A stretch of DNA of 63,947 nucleotides, the filler included, from an uncultured bacterium (lineage in GTDB: Bacteria > CAYJRR01): assembly GCA_964372275.1 (NCBI GenBank). It is 4 parts of 4 records of this genome, joined end to end, with 100 filler letters (N's around TTAATTAATTAA, not from the genome) between each part and the next. Parts side by side here need not be neighbours in the genome. Positions count along the whole stretch, not along the records: positions 53,667 to 63,947 come from CAYJRR010000154.1; 3 more parts are not named here. One strand, given 5' to 3'. Shown here piece by piece: positions 57,654-63,947 of this stretch. The notes under the pieces were generated by a model that saw only the letters and a program-made list of their open reading frames with translations, was not told the DNA's origin and did no database searches. A program made the translations under genes and the position numbers. Numbering within the stretch: the stretch's first letter is position 1; each line of letters opens with the position of its first letter.

Positions 57654-58628
57654 ATGGATCCGACGAAGTTCATCTGGCTGGACGGGGAGCTGGTGGCGTG
57701 GGAGCGCGCCATGGTGCACGTGCACACCCACTCCCTCCACTACGGCATGGCGGCGTTCGAGGGGATCCGCGCCTATCCGACGCCGATCGGCGCGGCGATC
57801 TTCCGCCTCGACGACCACCTCCGGCGGCTCGAGGAGAGCGCGAAGATCCTGGGGATCGAGATCCCGTTCTCCCGGGAGCGCCTCGCCGACGCCTGCCGGG
57901 AGGTGGTGCGGGCCAACGGTCTGCCAGAGTGCTACCTGCGTCCGATCGCCTTCGTCGGCGAAGGGGAGCTCGGGATCCACGCCACCGGAAATCCGATCCG
58001 GGTCTCGATCTCCTGCTGGAAGTGGGGGGCCTACCTGGGTTCGGAGGGGCTGTCCCGCGGCGTGCGCGCGAAGATCTCGTCGTTCACGCGCAACCATCCG
58101 AACGCCGCCATGTCGAAGGCGAAGGTGTCGGGGAACTACGTCAACTCGATCCTCGCCAAGCGCGAGGCGCGCGACGCGGGGTTCGACGAGGCGATCCTGC
58201 TCGACGCGCAAGGGATGGTCGCGGAGGGGACCGGCGAGAACCTGTTCATCGTCCGGCACGGCCGGCTGGTGACGCCTCCGCTGCCGAACGTGCTCGGTGG
58301 AATCACCCGCGATACGGTGCTCGAGCTGGCGGGCGACTTCGGCTACGAGATCGAGCAGCGGCCGTTCGCCCGCGACGAGCTCTACATCGCCGACGAGGCG
58401 TTCTTCTGCGGGACGGCGGCGGAGATCACGCCGATCCGGGAGGTCGACGGCCGCCGCATCGGCGCCGGCGAGCGCGGACCCGTTACTCGGCGCCTGCAGG
58501 AGACCTACTTCGCCCTGGTGCGGGGGAACCTGGCGAGATTCCGGCCGGGCCGGAATCCGCGGTGGCTGTCGATGGCGACGCCGCCCGCGCGCGAATCGCG
58601 CCGCTACCGCGGCTCGCTTCCGGCCTGA
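57654..58628 (+). CDS. ilvE: Branched-chain amino acid aminotransferase
   Basis: HSLHYG..AFEGIR, AKVSGNYVNS, EGTGENLF, LGGITR, GTAAEITP. Confidence 0.95.
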   Translation: MDPTKFIWLDGELVAWERAMVHVHTHSLHYGMAAFEGIRAYPTPIGAAIFRLDDHLRRLEESAKILGIEIPFSRERLADACREVVRANGLPECYLRPIAFVGEGELGIHATGNPIRVSISCWKWGAYLGSEGLSRGVRAKISSFTRNHPNAAMSKAKVSGNYVNSILAKREARDAGFDEAILLDAQGMVAEGTGENLFIVRHGRLVTPPLPNVLGGITRDTVLELAGDFGYEIEQRPFARDELYIADEAFFCGTAAEITPIREVDGRRIGAGERGPVTRRLQETYFALVRGNLARFRPGRNPRWLSMATPPARESRRYRGSLPA

Positions 58629-58653
58629 CGCGGCGCCAGGGCCGGGCGAGGCG

Positions 58654-61600
58654 ATGGAGATCTTCTACGCGGTCTGCTTGGGCGCCGCCCTGTTGGTCGG
58701 TCCGGCCATATTGGCGGTAATTGCGCTGGCGCGGACGAGCGGCGTCTCGCAGCAAAAGCAGAGAATCGCCGAGTTGGAACGGCGGATCGCCGACCTCGTG
58801 GAGCAGGTCCAGATGCTGCGCGACGCGATCGCGCGGCGGGTCTCCGGCGAGTACGTAGACGCCGCCGCCACGCCGGCGGCGCCGCCGGCGGAACCGCCAG
58901 CGGCGCCTCGGGGAACGGCCCACACGCCGGCGTGGAGCGCGGGTGCGGCGCCGGGCCCATCGTCGCCACCGGCCATGCCGGCGGACGTGCCACCTCCTTC
59001 GACCACCGCGGCGCGGGCCGCGCCTACCCCATCTGGACCACGACCACCGCCGCCGTCCTCGTTCCAATGGGAGCGGTGGATCGGGGTGAGCTTCACCGCA
59101 ATCCTCGGCGGCGGAACTCTCGCCCTGGCCGGCCTCCTGTTCTTCCACTACGCCGTGAAGACCGGTCTGCTCTCGCCGACGATTCGGGTGGTGCTGGGAA
59201 CGATCGTGGGAGTGGCCTGCATCGCAGGAGGAGAAGCGTTGAGGAGCCGCCGGGCTCCAGCGTCGGCGAATGCGCTGGCAGGCGGAGGATTGGTCATCCT
59301 CTATGCGGCGTTCTGGGCGGCCTACGTGCTGTATCGCCTGATTCCACTCGAGGTGGCGGCGCCGCTGATGTTGCTGGTGACCGCGGCGGGCTGTGTGATT
59401 GCGGTCCGGCACGAGACGCTGTTCGTGGCAATCCTCGCGCTGGCCGGTGGATTCGCGACGCCCCTCCTGCTGTCCGCCGGTCACGATCGGCCCGTCGGAC
59501 TCTTCAGCTACGTTCTCCTCCTCGACGCGGGATTCCTTTGGATTGCGTGGAGGCGGCGGTGGGCCGTGCTCGGGCTACTCGCCCTCGCCGGTACGTCGCT
59601 CCTTCAGACTCTCTGGATCGCGAAGAATCTCGGACCCGGGGGGCTTCCACTCGCGCTCGGGATCGTCGGACTGTTCGCCGGCGTGTTCGCGTTGAGCGGT
59701 CGCCTCGCGCCCGCCGAGGGACGTTGGGTCTGGCTGCTCGGACAAGCGGGAGGAGTGCTGATCCCATTCGCCTTTGCGCTCCACTTCGCGGTGAACGCGC
59801 GGCTGGGAAGTCATTTCCTGCCGATCGGCGCGCTCCTGGTTCTCCTGACCGCCGCCGCCGGCTGGATCGGTCGGGAATCGAAAACGCCGTTCGTCCCCTT
59901 GGGCGCGGCGGCCGGATCACTCGCCGTTTCCGGGGTCTGGTTGCTGGTGCGCGGCTCCGTTGCGGATCTTGCGTGGGAGGCCGCGCTGATCGGCGTGCTG
60001 ATCGCGGCCGTGCTTCACGCCTTCGTGGAGATCGACCAACGGCGCGCGGGCCTGGAGAGTCCGATGCCCGCGGCGCTGTCGTCGTCTTGCGGTTTCCTGT
60101 TCCTGTTCGGGATCGCGGCCTTCGGCCGAGGCGGGGCCTCCTATTGGCCCTGGATCGCCGCATGGAGCGCCTTGGCGGGAATCCTGCTCCGACAGGCCGG
60201 CGTGCCCGGATTCGCTCCCGTGCAGAGCGTCGCCGCCGTCGGCCTCGGTCTGGCACTGACGTTCCTCCACGGCGGCCACGCGGGTGACGCGAGATTCCCC
60301 GAACCGCTCGTCCACCACGGCGTCGTCCTGGCCTTCGCGACTTCGTTGCTCGGGATCTCGTTGATGCGCCGGGAACCCGCGACGAGGATGGCCGGCCACC
60401 ATGCGGCGGCGCTGTTGTCAGTCGTGCTTTCCGTCGGCGGAACGACGTCCGTGGCATGGCGAGAGCTCGACCCGTCGTGGCTCCTGCCGGGGGCCGCGCT
60501 CGTCCTCGGCTTCATCGCCGTGCTCGGTGGCACGCGCGCGAAAAGTGGCACGTGGATCCTGGTCGCCGCGCTGACGACGGTTTTCGCACACCACGGATGG
60601 ACCGATCGGATCCTGGGCGATCCGGGACGAGTCGCCGCGGGGCTCGCCGTCCAGGCGCTTGCGGTTCTTCTGTTCACCGCGTGGCCGTTCGCCGTGCCGG
60701 GAGCCTTTCGGGAGAGCCGCGCGGCGTGGCTCACGTCGGCGCTCGCTGGGCCGCTTTGGTTTCTGCTGCTGCGGCGCCTCTTCCTGGCGCGATTCGGCGA
60801 TGCCGCCATCGGGCTGCTCCCATTGGGCCTCGGGGCCGTGTCACTGGTCGCGGCGCGGCTCGCCGTTCGGGCATGGCCGCGCGGATCGGCGATGCGGGGA
60901 ACCGCCCTTGCGCCCCAACTCGCCGCGGCGCTGGGTTTCGTCAGCATCGCGATCCCGATGCAGCTTCGCAACGAGTGGATCACGATCGCGTGGGCGCTCG
61001 AAGCGGTCGCGGCGATCTGGCTCTGGCGCCGCTTCGATCAGCCTGCGCTGAAGTACTTCGGCCTGGCGTTGCTCGCCGCCGTGACGGTGCGGCTGGTCGG
61101 AAACGCCGCGGTGCTCGACTACTATCCGCGCGGGTCGGCGCGCATCGTGAACTGGCTTCTCTATACCTACCTCCTTCCTGCGGCCGCGCTGCTCGCCGCA
61201 TCGGCGCTCCTTCGTGCACCCGGTGCTCCGCCCCTCAGGTCGTGGGAGACGCCGTTCCATCCCAAAGGGGCGCCGCTCTTCGCTTCGGCCTGCGGGCTGG
61301 CGGCGATCGTCGTCGTCTTCGCCCTCCTCAATCTGGAGATCGCCGACTGGTACTCCACCGGGGACCGCCTGGTCGTCAGCTTCGAGCGCATGCCGGCGCG
61401 CGATGTGGCTACCTCGATCGTCTGGGCGATCTACTCCGGTCTGCTGCTGGCGATCGGGATCGCCCGGACGAGCCGTTGGCTGCGCGCGGTCGCGCTCGGC
61501 TTCTTCGTCCTGACCGTGGCGAAGGTCTACTTCTACGATCTCTCCTCCCTTCGGGATCTGTATCGAGTCGCCTCCACCGCGGGGCTCGCCCTGGTGCTGA

Positions 61601-61659
61601 TCCTCGTCTCCTTCGGCTATCAGCGATTCGTGTTCCGCAAGTCCGCCGGAGGTCCGTGA
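58654..61659 (+). CDS. DUF2339 large multi-pass membrane protein
   Basis: N-terminal TM plus coiled coil and Pro-rich linker, WERWIG, GGFATPLLL, C-terminal KVYFYDLSSL..LYRVAS. Over 20 hydrophobic segments. Confidence 0.88.
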   Translation: MEIFYAVCLGAALLVGPAILAVIALARTSGVSQQKQRIAELERRIADLVEQVQMLRDAIARRVSGEYVDAAATPAAPPAEPPAAPRGTAHTPAWSAGAAPGPSSPPAMPADVPPPSTTAARAAPTPSGPRPPPPSSFQWERWIGVSFTAILGGGTLALAGLLFFHYAVKTGLLSPTIRVVLGTIVGVACIAGGEALRSRRAPASANALAGGGLVILYAAFWAAYVLYRLIPLEVAAPLMLLVTAAGCVIAVRHETLFVAILALAGGFATPLLLSAGHDRPVGLFSYVLLLDAGFLWIAWRRRWAVLGLLALAGTSLLQTLWIAKNLGPGGLPLALGIVGLFAGVFALSGRLAPAEGRWVWLLGQAGGVLIPFAFALHFAVNARLGSHFLPIGALLVLLTAAAGWIGRESKTPFVPLGAAAGSLAVSGVWLLVRGSVADLAWEAALIGVLIAAVLHAFVEIDQRRAGLESPMPAALSSSCGFLFLFGIAAFGRGGASYWPWIAAWSALAGILLRQAGVPGFAPVQSVAAVGLGLALTFLHGGHAGDARFPEPLVHHGVVLAFATSLLGISLMRREPATRMAGHHAAALLSVVLSVGGTTSVAWRELDPSWLLPGAALVLGFIAVLGGTRAKSGTWILVAALTTVFAHHGWTDRILGDPGRVAAGLAVQALAVLLFTAWPFAVPGAFRESRAAWLTSALAGPLWFLLLRRLFLARFGDAAIGLLPLGLGAVSLVAARLAVRAWPRGSAMRGTALAPQLAAALGFVSIAIPMQLRNEWITIAWALEAVAAIWLWRRFDQPALKYFGLALLAAVTVRLVGNAAVLDYYPRGSARIVNWLLYTYLLPAAALLAASALLRAPGAPPLRSWETPFHPKGAPLFASACGLAAIVVVFALLNLEIADWYSTGDRLVVSFERMPARDVATSIVWAIYSGLLLAIGIARTSRWLRAVALGFFVLTVAKVYFYDLSSLRDLYRVASTAGLALVLILVSFGYQRFVFRKSAGGP

Positions 61660-63677
61660 TGAGGCACCTTGCGCCGTTCGTCGTCCTTCCGCTGCTCGCC
61701 TCGACGCCTCCCGACCTCCCGAGCCTCTTTCCGATGGAGGCCGACGTCTTCGCGCGCACGGAGGGACCCGTTCGCGTCGACCTTCCTCCGGAAGTCCTGC
61801 GCGAGGTCCGGTCCGACCTTTCGGACGTGCGGATCTTCGATCCCGAAGGACGCGAGATACCGTTCGCCATCGACGGCGGCGCCGATCGTCCGGCGAGTGT
61901 GGAGGCTTTGCGTACGGCGTCGGTCGTGGTTTCCGAGGTCGCCCGCGAGGTGAAACCGCAGGGGGACGCCCCCGACCTGTTCGTGGAGAGCTACCGCCTT
62001 CAGATTCCGGCAGAGGCCCGTCTCGGCGTCTGGGATCTCGTCTTCGACGTTTCCGCCCCGGCGTTCGTGGCCCACGTGCGGCTCGCGTCCCAGGATCGCG
62101 AGCCGCGCGAAATCTCGCTTTTCCGACTGGGAAATGTCCCACGAGAGAAGACGCGTGTCGCGCTCGATGAAAGCCCGTCGGCGGATCTGCTCGTGACGAT
62201 CACCAACGACGGCCGGTTCCTGGAGCCGGCGATGCGGCTCGAGAGCTCGAGTCCGCTTCCGAGCTCGCCGTCGGTGACGGTGCCGCTCGAGGAGGTGGCT
62301 CGATCCTCGGAGAACGGGTGGACCGAGCTGGTCTTCCGCCGGCCGCGAGGATTGGTACCCGACCGTTTGGAGATCGAGACGAAAACGCCGCTTTTCGATC
62401 GCGAAGTCGAAGTGTGGGACGAGGAGGGCTCCGCCGACCGGGCGCTCCTCGGTCGCCACGGGATCTTTCGCGTCCAATCGGTGGCCCGGATCGAGGAGCT
62501 CAGCGTCCCCGTGACGCGCGCGGGCGGCGATCGCCTGCGCCTTCGCATCCGCGATGGGAACAGCCCGCCGCTCGAGGCGGTCGCGGTCCGCGCATCTCTG
62601 CGGACGCCGTCGTTGATCTTCGCCGTCCCTCCGCGAGGCGATTCGATGCCCGCCGCGCTCCTCCGATTCGGTGGGGGCCGCGTGCTTCGTCCGGCCTACG
62701 ACCTGGCATCGCTGGTCCCGGTCCCGGGGCAGTCCGTGGACGATCGCCGCGCCGACGCCATGAAGGCCCTGCTGGAGCATTCGGCATCGGCCGGCGTACG
62801 CCTCGGACCGGTGCGGCGGAACCCACGCTTCGATCCGAGGCCGTCGCTGGCGTTCGCGATGCGACCCGGTGGCGAGGTCGATCGGCGTCTTTATTCGCGG
62901 ACTGCCGCGTTGGACGTTCCGTTCTCGCCGAATGGGCTCACTCGGGTCCGCCTCTCGCCGACGACCCTCTCCGCCCTGCGCGATGACTTGGCCGACCTGC
63001 GCGTCGTCGACGCCGAGAGCCGCCAATGGCCCTTTCTGCTCGCCCGAGACGTCGGGGTCGATTGGGTCGATCTTCCGGTTCGGAGCCCCCCCCGCGAGGC
63101 TCGAACGTCGGTCTACGTCGCCGCGCTCCCCGTTACGCCGATCGCTCTCGATCGTCTCGTCGTCGATTCCGAGATCGCGTTCTTCGATCGCGCCTTCCGG
63201 ATCACGGCGCGCGTGGTCGGAGAAGAAGCGCCGCGTGAGCTCGCCCGCGGTCGCCTCGCGCGGCGCGCCGAAGATCCTCGCCCGGTGACGATCGGCTTTC
63301 GGCCGGTGCGAATCGAGTCGATCGAACTCGTGGTCGAAGACGGGGATGACGCCCCCCTCGCGCTTCTCCTCCGCGGCCGCGCGCCGATTACCGAGATGTT
63401 GCTGGTGGCGCCTGCGGGCTCCTATTCGCTCCTCGGCGGGAACCGGGACGACGCGCCACCGCAGTACGAGATGGAGCGTGTGCGCGACGTGATCCTGGCG
63501 GTCGAAGCGCTCCCGGCGACGGTCACCGAGCTGGAATCGAATCCCGACTTCTCGCCGAGGTTGCGGATGTATCGCGGAGGCGGTCCCGCGAAGGTCGCGC
63601 TGTGGGCGGCGCTCGGGATCGCCGTTCTCGTCCTGGGTACGTTGACGATTCGACTGGCCAGGCGCGAGGAGGGCTGA
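61659..63677 (+). CDS. DUF3999-like exported protein with two tandem modules and a C-terminal TM anchor
   Basis: DLSDVRIFD.EGREIPF and DLADLRVVD.ESRQWPF, DGNSPPL and DGDDAPL, NPDF followed by a terminal TM helix. Confidence 0.78.
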   Translation: MRHLAPFVVLPLLASTPPDLPSLFPMEADVFARTEGPVRVDLPPEVLREVRSDLSDVRIFDPEGREIPFAIDGGADRPASVEALRTASVVVSEVAREVKPQGDAPDLFVESYRLQIPAEARLGVWDLVFDVSAPAFVAHVRLASQDREPREISLFRLGNVPREKTRVALDESPSADLLVTITNDGRFLEPAMRLESSSPLPSSPSVTVPLEEVARSSENGWTELVFRRPRGLVPDRLEIETKTPLFDREVEVWDEEGSADRALLGRHGIFRVQSVARIEELSVPVTRAGGDRLRLRIRDGNSPPLEAVAVRASLRTPSLIFAVPPRGDSMPAALLRFGGGRVLRPAYDLASLVPVPGQSVDDRRADAMKALLEHSASAGVRLGPVRRNPRFDPRPSLAFAMRPGGEVDRRLYSRTAALDVPFSPNGLTRVRLSPTTLSALRDDLADLRVVDAESRQWPFLLARDVGVDWVDLPVRSPPREARTSVYVAALPVTPIALDRLVVDSEIAFFDRAFRITARVVGEEAPRELARGRLARRAEDPRPVTIGFRPVRIESIELVVEDGDDAPLALLLRGRAPITEMLLVAPAGSYSLLGGNRDDAPPQYEMERVRDVILAVEALPATVTELESNPDFSPRLRMYRGGGPAKVALWAALGIAVLVLGTLTIRLARREEG

Positions 63678-63689
63678 CGCTCGCGCGCG

Positions 63690-63947
63690 CTAGAAGCGAC
63701 GGAGGATCCCGATCTCGACCCAGGCGTGATCGCGGCCGGTGGTGAACTCCCGGCCGCGCCAGACGCGGCGGGCGTCGATTGCGAATCGGCCGAGGTCGAC
63801 GGTGACCCCGGCGTCCCATCGCCGGACCCGGCGCACGATCTCTTCCGGTTCGAGCGTGTAGACGCTGCTCCGGTTGAAGAGCCCGCCCTGCATCGTCGCG
63901 TCGAACAGGACCGCCTTCTCCTCGGCCGAGGCGGTGAGGAGGAGGCG
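63690..63947 (-). CDS. 3' end of a hypothetical protein (runs off the window)
   Basis: Open frame from the window edge to the TAG at 63690. Confidence 0.5.
   Translation of the reverse strand, partial: RLLLTASAEEKAVLFDATMQGGLFNRSSVYTLEPEEIVRRVRRWDAGVTVDLGRFAIDARRVWRGREFTTGRDHAWVEIGILRRF

Overview
Very GC-rich bacterial DNA (about 70% by eye). Gene content suggests Myxococcota or a related deltaproteobacterial lineage (inference). The window is not contiguous. Three 100-bp N44-TTAATTAATTAA-N44 linkers (17855-17954, 35781-35880, 53567-53666) join four contigs; the first three decrease in length (>=17854, 17826, 17686 bp), as in a size-sorted MAG, so neighbourhoods across linkers are meaningless. 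About 62 CDSs can be supported; I saw no rRNA, tRNA, CRISPR array or transposase. Housekeeping genes include lipB, mutY, recD2, nadA, clsB, dcp, sorAB, pyrB, amtB-glnK and ilvE. The best candidates for uncharacterised systems are: (1) a prenylquinone/di-iron module (MenA-like, rubrerythrin-like, polyprenyl synthase, Coq7-like) around a GbsR/MarR regulator, with two near-identical palindromes GTTCAGAAACTT(C/A)TGAAC in its two divergent intergenic regions; (2) a five-gene exported lipoprotein/c-type cytochrome/DUF1501-like cluster opposite an ECF sigma/anti-sigma pair; (3) a four-gene coupled operon of exported proteins, two of which look like paralogous CxxC plus beta-barrel proteins; (4) a DUF2339 plus tandem-duplicated DUF3999-like pair; (5) a GAPOR-like oxidoreductase. 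Family assignments come from recognised motifs, not database searches.
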